From NCBI GenBank assembly GCA_036676395.1, contig JAKFCY010000002.1, positions 2,272,001 through 2,336,000 on the forward strand: a DNA stretch of 64,000 nt, read 5' to 3'. Below the pieces are notes generated by a model. It saw only the letters and a list, made by a program, of their open reading frames with translations. It did no database searches and was not told the origin of the DNA. Source of the stretch: Bdellovibrio sp. GTDB lineage: Bacteria; Bdellovibrionota; Bdellovibrionia; Bdellovibrionales; Bdellovibrionaceae. Positions 47,539 through 56,360 of the stretch are shown piece after piece. A program made the position numbers and the translations under genes. Position 1 is the stretch's first letter, and the number at the start of each line of letters is the position of its first letter.

Positions 47539-47799
47539 ATGTCTAAAGCTAATGCTAAAAACCCTATAAAACAGTCCCCATCTCGCATTAGACCATCTAT
47601 GAAAAAAGATGTTATTCACCCTCGTGATTTCAACGCCTATAAGATTCCTTTTGCCTGCGAAGACTGCTCCCATTTCGCCTCTGAAACAATAACATGCACA
47701 TTAGGCTTTAATACCAAAAATCATTTACGTGCAAACTCTCTTCACTCCTACGAGTTGAGCGGGAAAATTGCTCAATGCCGTTTTCTTGAAATCGACTAA
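47539..47799 (+). CDS. Small Cys-rich hypothetical protein
   Basis: CEDCSHF...C...H...C pattern; divergent from clpB, overlaps mpg. Confidence 0.6.
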   Translation: MSKANAKNPIKQSPSRIRPSMKKDVIHPRDFNAYKIPFACEDCSHFASETITCTLGFNTKNHLRANSLHSYELSGKIAQCRFLEID

Positions 47800-48412
47800 A
47801 TTAAAAAAATCATTCTATCAACGAGACACTACTCTGGTCGCCCGCGAATTATTAGGTAAACGTCTAGTACATGTCGTAAATGGCAAAAGACTATCAGGTA
47901 TTATTACGGAAACAGAAGCCTACTTAGGAATCAAAGATCGCGGTTGCCATACCTTTGGTAACAAAAAAACCAAGCGCACTGAAAGTATGTATCTGCCCGG
48001 TGGCCATAGTTATGTATATTTAATTTATGGCATCTATGATTGTCTAAATGTCGTTACCCAAAAAGTGGACATTCCCGAAGCCGTGCTGATTCGCGCACTA
48101 GAACCTGATGAAGGTCTAATAAGCATGGCGAAAAATCGCAAACTGAAAAATTTTGATCCAGAAAATAAAAAACATTTGTGGAGTCTGACAACTGGGCCAG
48201 GCAAATTAGCACAAGCCTTAAAGATCACGCGCAATCATAATGAGTTATTGCTTACAGATGATCAGTTATTCATTGAAGATATCGCCACAAAAATAAAACC
48301 ATCACAGATTATCGCATCACCGCGCATAGGAATTGATTACGCCCAAGAGGCAAAGCACTGGGAATTACGATTCACGATTAAAGATAATTTCTACATCTCG
48401 CGCAAACCTTAG
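47768..48412 (+). CDS. mpg: DNA-3-methyladenine glycosylase (AAG/MPG family)
   Basis: ARELLGK, ETEAYLG, YVYLIYG, AVLIRALEP, GPGKL, RIGI; exact start uncertain. Confidence 0.93.
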   Translation: MLNAVFLKSTKLKKSFYQRDTTLVARELLGKRLVHVVNGKRLSGIITETEAYLGIKDRGCHTFGNKKTKRTESMYLPGGHSYVYLIYGIYDCLNVVTQKVDIPEAVLIRALEPDEGLISMAKNRKLKNFDPENKKHLWSLTTGPGKLAQALKITRNHNELLLTDDQLFIEDIATKIKPSQIIASPRIGIDYAQEAKHWELRFTIKDNFYISRKP

Positions 48413-48575
48413 TGCGTGCGGTTTTCCTGACGCCCGACTTGACTCGACGAATATTCCACAGACTGATACTAAGCCTCGTCGAGTCTTAAGACTGACGTGT
48501 TGAAATCAATACTTTCAGAGGGAAAACACGACTAGAAAAAATAATTTAAATTACATTTTCTATTCTAACATCCTG

Positions 48576-48602
48576 TCAAGATTCACCCACAGACACCGAA
48601 AA
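48576..48602 (+). promoter_or_regulatory. Putative sigma28 (FliA) promoter of flagellin
   Basis: TCAA-N15-ACCGAAAA versus consensus TAAA-N15-GCCGATAA. Confidence 0.6.
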
Positions 48603-48608
48603 CTAAGA

Positions 48609-48881
48609 TAAGTAATAAATCAAGAGACTGGATGTCTCTAAGAACAAGGTCATGCAATCACGCAAGACATGTTCTCTATCTTTTTGAGGGGAGGCTTCAA
48701 GGACGAATTACGGATGAACTAAAAATTGAAGGAATATTAAATAGGCAGCGCCACATAACAATACCCATGGTGGGTACTCTAGGCGCGAAAGAGATTGCTA
48801 GGATGCAGTCTTTACGAAAACAACACACGGAAGGAATTAGATATGAAAAATACAACTTAAAAAGATTAAAAGGAATTTACA
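48609..48881 (+). promoter_or_regulatory. Long flagellin 5' leader with multiple GGA (CsrA-type) motifs
   Basis: GGA at 48630, 48690, 48701, 48712, 48731, 48801, 48829, 48833, 48872; several sit in short hairpin loops. Confidence 0.6.
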
Positions 48882-49712
48882 ATGGGATTAAGAATTTCAA
48901 CAAACGTAGCAGCTATCAACACACAACGTAACATGAGCAACAGCCAACGCTTAATGCAGTCATCATCGGCGCAATTAGCTTCTGGTTCTCGTATTAACAA
49001 AGCAGCAGATGATGCTGCCGGCTTAGCGATCTCAGAAACTATGCGTGGACAAATTAGATCTGCAATTCAAGCAAAACGTAATGCAAACGATGCGATCTCT
49101 TTAGTGCAAACTGCTGAGGGTGGCTTAGGCGAAATCTCTAACATCTTGATTCGTCAACGTGAGTTAGCGATCCAAGCAGCATCTGACACGATCGGTGATC
49201 AAGAGCGTTCGTTAATCCAAACTGAAATCGCACAGTTAAAAGATGAGACTCAACGTATCGGCAAATCAACTCGTTGGAACTCAACATCATTACTTGATGG
49301 TTCTTCTCCGGCATTCGATTTTCAGATTGGTATGTTCTCGACTGAATTTGATAAGATCACTTTCGATGCAGCAAGCAATGTTGCAACAGTAGATGCTTTA
49401 GGTATCGCTGATTTAGATTTTAGTAAACGCGATACGGCTCGTTCTTCGATTGACACTATCGAAGCAGCTCAACAAAGAGTAAATGCAATGAGAGCAAACT
49501 TAGGTGCCTTACAAAATCGTATGACTTCTACAGTAGATACATTAGCGATCACTGAAGAAAACTTAGCTGCAGCAAATTCACGTATCCGTGATACTGACGT
49601 AGCATCTGCGACTTCTGATATGGCTCGTAATACAGTGTTGTTACAAGCAGGTACTGCAACATTAGCCCAAGCTAACCAATCAACGCAGTTAGCGTTGAAG
49701 TTAATTGGCTAA
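48882..49712 (+). CDS. fliC: Flagellin (short, 276 aa)
   Basis: MGLRISTNVAA, LASGSRINKAADDAAGLAISE, RANLGALQNR, SRIRDTD. Confidence 0.97.
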   Translation: MGLRISTNVAAINTQRNMSNSQRLMQSSSAQLASGSRINKAADDAAGLAISETMRGQIRSAIQAKRNANDAISLVQTAEGGLGEISNILIRQRELAIQAASDTIGDQERSLIQTEIAQLKDETQRIGKSTRWNSTSLLDGSSPAFDFQIGMFSTEFDKITFDAASNVATVDALGIADLDFSKRDTARSSIDTIEAAQQRVNAMRANLGALQNRMTSTVDTLAITEENLAAANSRIRDTDVASATSDMARNTVLLQAGTATLAQANQSTQLALKLIG

Positions 49713-49785
49713 TATTGACGGATTAATATACAGCTGACCTAGATGAAATCTAGGGACTTCAAAAATTATGTCAACTTAGTTGACG

Positions 49786-49820
49786 AAAAAAAGCCGATCA
49801 CTATGATCGGCTTTTTTTTT
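49786..49820 (+). terminator. Intrinsic terminator after flagellin
   Basis: AAGCCGATCA-cta-TGATCGGCTT followed by a T-run. Confidence 0.85.
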
Positions 49821-49832
49821 AGAATAAACACT

Positions 49833-49859
49833 TAAGTGAACTAGACCTTGGTCCGATAA
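49833..49859 (+). promoter_or_regulatory. Putative sigma28 promoter of the lipoprotein gene
   Basis: TAAG-N15-TCCGATAA, 18 nt before the ATG. Confidence 0.55.
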
Positions 49860-49877
49860 TTTTGGGCGAGGTAATCC

Positions 49878-50633
49878 ATGAAACTTAAAATTACACTTCT
49901 TACACTAGTGACCTTATTAACGGCTTGTGGTGGTTCTGTACCTGAACTTAAATCGTTAGATCAAGGTGGCCAAGGACAAACAGGCTTAGGTACTGATAAC
50001 CCCGATGTTCCAACTCCAACTAATCCTAGTATTGATTCAGTAGATATGAAAAGTCGCGTCGACGATTCGTCTAATAAATTAGGCTTCAACGGCGCCTTAG
50101 CATTAGATATTGATAAAACTCGTGGCGAATTCGTAATTATGTTACCTATGCCTTCGGGCGTAGTATTCACTCCATCAGGTACATTTAATAAGTATCCCGA
50201 TATCTCGTTTACTCCGGTTTTTGATGGTACAGGTAAAATGAAAATGGCCGTTCGTGTTCCTATAAAATATATCTTAAAAGGAATCACAACTGTACCCGCT
50301 ACCCGTTTGCCGAATGGTGATCCATTACCGGCAATGCCTGCAGGGCAAAATGAGTTACCCAGCTTAGCTTTAAGTTTTCCGTCGAATAACAACACGAAGA
50401 TTAATCTTTATATTGGCTTAAGTGCTTTCGGCCTTTTTATGACATTGCCAGATAAAGCAGCACTTCCGATACCTATCAATATCACGGTGCCGATCAAAAA
50501 TGCTGATAAGAGCAAAACTTTTGGATATTTGACCTACGTCAATGCGAAAAGTGGCCACCAACCAGGGCTTTTTATGTCTGGGGTAGTACCTCCTGAGTTT
50601 GCGCGCATCCTTGAAGACCATTTTGGACTTTAA
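49878..50633 (+). CDS. Hypothetical lipoprotein
   Basis: Lipobox LTAC, low-complexity tether, Pro-rich beta body; GAGGT RBS. Confidence 0.75.
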   Translation: MKLKITLLTLVTLLTACGGSVPELKSLDQGGQGQTGLGTDNPDVPTPTNPSIDSVDMKSRVDDSSNKLGFNGALALDIDKTRGEFVIMLPMPSGVVFTPSGTFNKYPDISFTPVFDGTGKMKMAVRVPIKYILKGITTVPATRLPNGDPLPAMPAGQNELPSLALSFPSNNNTKINLYIGLSAFGLFMTLPDKAALPIPINITVPIKNADKSKTFGYLTYVNAKSGHQPGLFMSGVVPPEFARILEDHFGL

Positions 50634-50724
50634 TAACATCTAGTTCCAAGCACCTAGCTCTTGCTTACGAGTTTATTTTTCTCTAGTCTTATGAGTGTTT
50701 TCGTTTAACAAATGGAGAATTCAT

Positions 50725-51264
50725 ATGGCTAAGAAAAAACCTGCAAAAAAAGTTGTAAAAAAAGCGGCTCCGAAAAAAGCTGCTCCTAAAAAAGTAACAG
50801 CAAAAAAGGCTGCGAAAAAAGCGGCTCCTAAAGCTAAAAAAGCTGCTAAACCAGCTCCTAAAAAAGTTGTAAAAAAAGCGGCTGCAAAGCCCGCTAAAAA
50901 AGCCGCTAAACCAGCAGCAAAAAAAGCGGCTCCGAAAAAAGCGACTGCAAAGCCCGCTAAAAAAGCGGCTAAACCAGCAGCCAAAAAAGTTGCGGCTATC
51001 GTAGCTCCTTTACAAACATCTTTTTCTGATATCGATTCTGAGTTTGATGACGAATTAGAATTAGATGCAATGGTTGGCGATGAAGACCCTTTAGAAGACG
51101 CTGAACCTTTAGATGAAGACGATGAAGAAGAAGGTGAAGGTGAAGGTTTCGAAACTTTAGAAGCTGAAGACGCTGAAGAAGATTTAGAAGAAGACATCGA
51201 AGAAGACAGCATTCTAACTGCTGACGAAGAAGAAGAAAATGATGATGACGAAGGTTACATCTAG
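50725..51264 (+). CDS. Histone H1-like Lys/Ala/Pro-repeat protein with a long Asp/Glu C-terminal tail
   Basis: GGAGA RBS, ATG at 50725; KKAAPKK/KPAAKK repeats then a D/E tract; own terminator. Confidence 0.8.
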   Translation: MAKKKPAKKVVKKAAPKKAAPKKVTAKKAAKKAAPKAKKAAKPAPKKVVKKAAAKPAKKAAKPAAKKAAPKKATAKPAKKAAKPAAKKVAAIVAPLQTSFSDIDSEFDDELELDAMVGDEDPLEDAEPLDEDDEEEGEGEGFETLEAEDAEEDLEEDIEEDSILTADEEEENDDDEGYI

Positions 51265-51295
51265 ATTTTAATTTTACTAAAAAATTAATGAGTCA

Positions 51296-51321
51296 AAAAG
51301 CCCTCCGCGTGAGGGCTTTTT
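51296..51321 (+). terminator. Intrinsic terminator (bidirectional shape)
   Basis: AAAAAGCCCTC-cgcgt-GAGGGCTTTTT. Confidence 0.8.
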
Positions 51322-51393
51322 GCATATTTGAGGCACAATAGTACGAAGTTTACCTGTTTTGCCCTGCACAACTATTGCAGAGTTTAAAAGGTA

Positions 51394-51810
51394 ATGAATG
51401 AACTCTCATCGGAAGATGTAAAATATCTGCATTCGAAACACATTCACCCAATCATGGTTATCGAAGATGATGACGATATTCGAGAACTTATGAAAGCTAT
51501 GTTGGAAGCCGAAGGTTATTACCCGATCACGGCCACCAACGGCAAAGAAGGTTTAGCTCTCCTTTCGCAAATTCCAAAACCTTGCATGATCTTATTAGAT
51601 ATGATGATGCCGGTTATGGATGGCTGGACATTTTCTGAAGAAGCCAAAAAAAATTCTCTTTATAAAAGTATCCCGTTATTAGCCGTCACAGCCTTTGCCG
51701 ACCAAATCACAAGTAAAGAAAATTTCTACGGTGTTTTAAAAAAACCCATTCGCATTGATTTACTTTTAGATATTGTTCGCCATCACTGCCCGAGCGAAAA
51801 ACTGCAATGA
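51394..51810 (+). CDS. Single-domain response regulator
   Basis: IEDD, LLDMMMPVMDG, TA, KP motifs. Confidence 0.9.
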   Translation: MNELSSEDVKYLHSKHIHPIMVIEDDDDIRELMKAMLEAEGYYPITATNGKEGLALLSQIPKPCMILLDMMMPVMDGWTFSEEAKKNSLYKSIPLLAVTAFADQITSKENFYGVLKKPIRIDLLLDIVRHHCPSEKLQ

Positions 51811-53378
51811 TACAAACTGAAACATCGCGCACTTTGCGTGAGACTGAATCAAAGTGGCGTCAACTTGCCGAAACAGCTCCAGATATTATTATCAGTATTG
51901 GACCAGACTGCAGAATTTTATTTATCAATAGAACCTTTGCAGCCTTTGCAAAAGATGAAGTGATCGGAAGACTTGCTACAGATTTCGTTCAACCCGACCA
52001 TATTCCAACGATGCTAAATGCATTAGATAAAGTTTTCACCAAAGCGATACCGGCTGAATATGAAATTCTAAGTCACGATTCAAAAAAACAGCCCGCTTGG
52101 TATTCGACAAAGATCGCTCCAGTAATCATCGACGGCCAAGTGATCAGTGCAACACTCATAACCCGTGATATTACCGAACGAAAACTGCTGCAAGAAGAGC
52201 TTGAACAAGCACGCGATAGTTTAGAAATTAAAATTCAAGAACGAACCGCAGAACTTCAAAGTTGGCTCTCTAAGCTTGAAGCCACCCTGGAAGCCACAGC
52301 TGATGGCATCCTCGTGATCGATTTACAAAGGCGAGCCATGACCTATAATCAGAAGCTATTGCAAATGTGGAACGTCAAAGATGAAGATATGGCTAACTAT
52401 ATCTCGGGAACACTTATCGCAGCGATCAAAGATCAACTTAAAGACACCGAAGACTTTTTAATCAAAACCGAAAAAATTTATGCTCGTCCCAATGAAAAAA
52501 GCGCAGACACTCTTGAATTTAAAGATGGAAGAATCTTTGAACGCTATTCGCAGCCCCAAAAGCTTCACGGCGTCGTTGTCGGAAGGGTTTGGAGTTTTCG
52601 GGATGTCACTCAGCAACGAAATGCCGAAGCTGAACGTGACCGCCTATTAATGAATGAACACCAGGCCCGCCTTGATGCTGAAAAATCTGTAAAAGCCCGT
52701 GATGAGTTTTTGGCTATGGCCTCGCACGAATTACGTACTCCACTGACACCTTTAAAAATGTATTTAGATTGGTTCAAACGTGAAGCCCGAAAAATAACTG
52801 TTGAAATGTTTCCTAAGGCACAAGTTCTGATGCAGGCTTTAGATCACACTGACCGTGAAGTTTCAAAATTGGTTCATTTAACTGATGATCTTTTAGATGT
52901 TTCAAGAATCACTGCTGGGCGATTAGTTTTAAATAAAGAGCCTATGGATTTAGTCGAACTGGTACTACAGGCTCAGGAACGCAATTTAGAAAATTCAAAA
53001 CGACGCAATTGCACAATCATCATAACAACCGATGGGCCAGTGAATGGCGTTTGGGATTTCAACCGGCTGGAACAAGTTGTTAACTGTTTACTGAGTAATG
53101 CGACAAAGTATGGTGCCGGAAAACCGGTTCAAGTGTCTGTGCTTAAAGAAGCTAACCGTGCAGTTCTGAAAATTGAAGATCAAGGAATCGGCATTGCACC
53201 TGAAGATCGTGAAAAAATATTTGAGCGTTTTGAACGCGCAAATTCGATTAAAAATTTTGATGGACTGGGATTAGGACTGTTCATATCGCGTGAAATTATC
53301 GCCGCGCACAGAGGAGTTATCACAGTTGAAAGTGAACTTGGAAAAGGCTCAATATTTACGGTGAGCCTTCCCTGTTAG
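51807..53378 (+). CDS. Cytoplasmic PAS-PAS sensor histidine kinase
   Basis: Two PAS domains, ASHELRTPL H-box, N/G1/F/G2 boxes; ATGA overlap with the regulator. Confidence 0.92.
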   Translation: MIQTETSRTLRETESKWRQLAETAPDIIISIGPDCRILFINRTFAAFAKDEVIGRLATDFVQPDHIPTMLNALDKVFTKAIPAEYEILSHDSKKQPAWYSTKIAPVIIDGQVISATLITRDITERKLLQEELEQARDSLEIKIQERTAELQSWLSKLEATLEATADGILVIDLQRRAMTYNQKLLQMWNVKDEDMANYISGTLIAAIKDQLKDTEDFLIKTEKIYARPNEKSADTLEFKDGRIFERYSQPQKLHGVVVGRVWSFRDVTQQRNAEAERDRLLMNEHQARLDAEKSVKARDEFLAMASHELRTPLTPLKMYLDWFKREARKITVEMFPKAQVLMQALDHTDREVSKLVHLTDDLLDVSRITAGRLVLNKEPMDLVELVLQAQERNLENSKRRNCTIIITTDGPVNGVWDFNRLEQVVNCLLSNATKYGAGKPVQVSVLKEANRAVLKIEDQGIGIAPEDREKIFERFERANSIKNFDGLGLGLFISREIIAAHRGVITVESELGKGSIFTVSLPC

Positions 53379-53479
53379 AAACAAAACGAACGAACTTGGT
53401 CTGCCAACGTTTCTATATTCAAGTTCGTTTTTAATCTCCGGTCTGATCAACGTACTACATTCGGAGTGATCAATTTTAA

Positions 53480-54544
53480 TTAATCCTTAGCTGGCTTCGT
53501 GTGAACAGCGTATTTTTCGAATTCGCCGTACTCATGAAGTTTATTGTAAAGAGTCTTAATCGTGATACCTAAACCTTGCGCCGCTTGAGTTTTGTTTCCA
53601 CCGTAGTGAGCAAGTGCTTTAATGATATAACGTTTTTCTAATTCATATAATGGCATAGTCGGATCGAAATCCATGCCTTCTTCTTTAGTTTCTGGATTAC
53701 GAACGAAATCAGGAAGATCGTTGATCATAATCATGTGGCCTTCAGATAGAATTTGTAAACGTTCGCAGACGTTTTGTAATTCACGGATGTTACCTGGCCA
53801 TTCATATTTAACTAATAATTTCAAAGCCTCTTCATCAATAGTTTTACCACGGTTTAAATAAGAGTGACCTTGTGATAAGAAATACTGGATAAGAACCGGA
53901 ATGTCTTCTTTACGACGACGTAATGGCGGAGCCGCTACAACGATCGTGTTAATACGATAGAATAAATCTTCACGGAAGTTTCCACGCACAACTTCTTGGT
54001 CTAATTCACGATTAGTTGCACAGATTAAACGAATATCTACTTTGATAGACTCTTTACCACCAACGCGGAAGATTTCGCCTTCTTGGATAAAACGTAAAAG
54101 TTTAGCTTGGATCGAAAGAGGTAACTCACCGATTTCATCTAAGAACAATGTTCCACCGTTAGCCGCTTCGGCTAAACCGATTTTTTTATTGTAAGCGCCA
54201 GTGAATGAACCTTTTTCGTGGCCGAATAATTCTGATTCTAAAAGTGTTTCACGTAAAGCACCGCAGTTGATCGCAACGAAAGGTTTGTTTTTGCGATTTG
54301 ATTTTTCATGAACTGCACGAGCAATTAACTCTTTACCAGTTCCAGATTCTCCAAGAACCAGGATGTTAGCTTGTGAAGGAGCAACTCTTTCGATCATTTT
54401 CATCATCTGACCCATAACATCTGATTTGTAGATGATTGATCTAGTTTCGATAACCTTTTGCGTTTGGTTACCAGTCCAACCCATTTGTGGTTGGTTTTGC
54501 GAGCTCGGTAATACTGTAGTTGCGCTAGAGTCATTTGAAGACAT
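53480..54544 (-). CDS. Sigma54-dependent enhancer-binding protein without a regulatory domain
   Basis: GESGTGKE, ESELFGHEKGSFTGA, FLDEIGE, FREDLFYR, WPGNIREL, Fis HTH; only ~35 aa before the AAA+ domain. Confidence 0.92.
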   Translation of the reverse strand: MSSNDSSATTVLPSSQNQPQMGWTGNQTQKVIETRSIIYKSDVMGQMMKMIERVAPSQANILVLGESGTGKELIARAVHEKSNRKNKPFVAINCGALRETLLESELFGHEKGSFTGAYNKKIGLAEAANGGTLFLDEIGELPLSIQAKLLRFIQEGEIFRVGGKESIKVDIRLICATNRELDQEVVRGNFREDLFYRINTIVVAAPPLRRRKEDIPVLIQYFLSQGHSYLNRGKTIDEEALKLLVKYEWPGNIRELQNVCERLQILSEGHMIMINDLPDFVRNPETKEEGMDFDPTMPLYELEKRYIIKALAHYGGNKTQAAQGLGITIKTLYNKLHEYGEFEKYAVHTKPAKD

Positions 54545-54583
54545 GGGGCCTACCTTTCACGTACTGTTAAACGTCCAAGAGTT

Positions 54584-54618
54584 GGTGTCTCATTATGATT
54601 AGCTCATTTTGATACACC
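54584..54618. promoter_or_regulatory. Putative tandem operator/enhancer
   Basis: GGTGTcTCA...TGAtACACC inverted repeat containing tandem CTCATTATGAT / CTCATTTTGAT. Confidence 0.45.
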
Positions 54619-54733
54619 GTGTTATGCCCGTAATATAACCAAGGTCGAGTAATAATTGCAAGGAAAATATTGCATCGTGTTAAAATAATTTTAGGACCCC
54701 TCAATTGCTATTGGCTAATATATAATCAATTTG

Positions 54734-55669
54734 ATGGCTTATTTATTAACCAAACAGATTCATAACTTCTTGAAATATCTAGAAAATATTGAATCTTGTT
54801 CACCTTTAACGATTAAGGCCTATACCCTTGATTTGAACCAAGCTTTCTTTCAATCGAGCACTCCCAAAAGACACACCCGTAAAAACAATAATTTGATTAA
54901 TTTAGCCGACGTTAAGACTTTGAGCTTTAATAATGGCGAAGATCTTTGGCTGACTTGCCGTGATTCTTTAAACCAATGGGGTAAACTTTCACTCGCTTCC
55001 CGCAACCGAAAGATCGCTACCCTTAAGAGCTTTTTTAACTGGCTCTACGCTGAAAGATTGATCGATAAAAACTACGCTGACCAGTTAATTTGCCCTAAGG
55101 TTCCGAAAAAAATTCCGCATTTTATTTCAGTCGATGAAGTGATTAGCGTGCTACAGTTTTTAAATACCTCTGCTAACGAAGCTGCACAGATTCAAAAAGC
55201 CTTATTTAATTTATTATACGGCGGCGGAATGCGTATCAGCGAAGCCTGCAATCTTCGCTGGAAAAACATTCAGTTAGATCAAAGAAAAATTCTGGTCGTC
55301 GGAAAAGGTAATAAAGAGCGTTTAATTATCATTCCTGAGACCTGCAACGATGTTCTTAAAGCCTTTCATGCACGTAATAAAAATATGGAATTTGTATTTG
55401 GTGAAGAGCCTCTGTCGACACGCAAAGGTTATGAACTGATTCGAACTCTCGGAAGACAGGTGGGTCTGATGAACCCCCTGCATCCGCATTCATTACGTCA
55501 TAGCTTTGCGACGCATATGTTGGCCAGTGGCACTAACCTTAGAACTCTGCAATCTATGCTTGGTCACGACAGTCTAACGGCCACTGAAAAGTATACACAT
55601 CTTAATATTGATACTCTGGCTCGAATCGTTGAAGTTAGACATCCACTTTCAAAAAAGAAATTCGATTAG
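54734..55669 (+). CDS. xerC: Tyrosine recombinase, XerC-like
   Basis: SP.TI.AY..DL, RKIATLKSFF, GMRISE, GKGNKER, HSLRHSFATH, LGH, Y; all catalytic residues present. Confidence 0.85.
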   Translation: MAYLLTKQIHNFLKYLENIESCSPLTIKAYTLDLNQAFFQSSTPKRHTRKNNNLINLADVKTLSFNNGEDLWLTCRDSLNQWGKLSLASRNRKIATLKSFFNWLYAERLIDKNYADQLICPKVPKKIPHFISVDEVISVLQFLNTSANEAAQIQKALFNLLYGGGMRISEACNLRWKNIQLDQRKILVVGKGNKERLIIIPETCNDVLKAFHARNKNMEFVFGEEPLSTRKGYELIRTLGRQVGLMNPLHPHSLRHSFATHMLASGTNLRTLQSMLGHDSLTATEKYTHLNIDTLARIVEVRHPLSKKKFD

Positions 55670-55754
55670 CCAACCCACTAGCCTTATTACCTGTTTGTCT
55701 GCAAAACTGACATTATATTGCGCGCAGATCGCAATTATTTTGTAAAATAAAAGC

Positions 55755-56360
55755 ATGAAAAAAGCAGTCGTTTTATTAGTAATTTCAGTTATTTCAAGCT
55801 TGGCTAATTCGCAGCAAATACTTTATCCAGTGGCGCATAAATTAGAAAACACCCAATATAAAGGAAGTCCGTTATCATTGGATGCTTATGTTCAAAAAAA
55901 TAAAGCAGAATGTACCAATCGTGTAGCGACGCAAATGCTTAAACTTTCTCGAGAAAAAAATAAAGATTTTATAAATTACAGTAAAGCTATCGGAGCAAAA
56001 CTGAAACAAGTCGACGATCGCTGCAATTTCTATCGTTTTGAATTAATTGATTACGTAGAAGATGGCGGCATTGATATGCGCTTTGCTTATCGTTGTTATG
56101 CAACGAAAGCAGGAACATTACCCCATCAAAGAGTTTCTCATATCGATCCTTTAGTGATTAACCCGTCTATTTTTTATAAAGATGAAGATCTGATCGAAGA
56201 AAAATGTGATGCATTAGCTATCATGAAAAAAATAAATGCATCCCCGGCTAAGTCGATGAAAAATGGTGGCAGTAACAGTTCTGCTCCCGCGGCAGCAGCG
56301 CCGGTAAAAAGCGGCACGCGTTCGAATAGTAAATCTAAAAAAGTCTCAACGCAGAATTAA
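55755..56360 (+). CDS. Hypothetical secreted protein
   Basis: Signal peptide MKKAVVLL...ANS, four Cys, low-complexity C-terminal tail. Confidence 0.65.
   Translation: MKKAVVLLVISVISSLANSQQILYPVAHKLENTQYKGSPLSLDAYVQKNKAECTNRVATQMLKLSREKNKDFINYSKAIGAKLKQVDDRCNFYRFELIDYVEDGGIDMRFAYRCYATKAGTLPHQRVSHIDPLVINPSIFYKDEDLIEEKCDALAIMKKINASPAKSMKNGGSNSSAPAAAAPVKSGTRSNSKSKKVSTQN

Noticed and set aside
48632..48931. 99-aa + strand ORF spanning the flagellin leader and overlapping the flagellin start
   Set aside because: No recognisable protein features and its ATG lies inside the first GGA hairpin; better explained as leader RNA. A translated uORF cannot be excluded without ribosome profiling.
50725..50990. 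DNA-level direct repeats (AAAAAAGCGGCT..., GCAAAGCCCGCTAAAAAAGC)
   Set aside because: In-frame codon repeats of the KAP protein; no unique spacers, so not a CRISPR array.
50721..51212. 163-aa antisense Ser/Ala/Phe-rich ORF
   Set aside because: Shadow of the low-complexity + strand gene, which has the RBS and terminator.
51331..51380. Sigma54-like sequences (GGCACAATAGTACG; TGCACAACTATTGC) upstream of the response regulator
   Set aside because: Each lacks one invariant dinucleotide (GC at -12 or GG at -24).
54734..55669. Tyrosine recombinase as a possible prophage or island integrase
   Set aside because: Size and motifs fit housekeeping XerC; no att repeats, phage genes or dif-like site recognised nearby.
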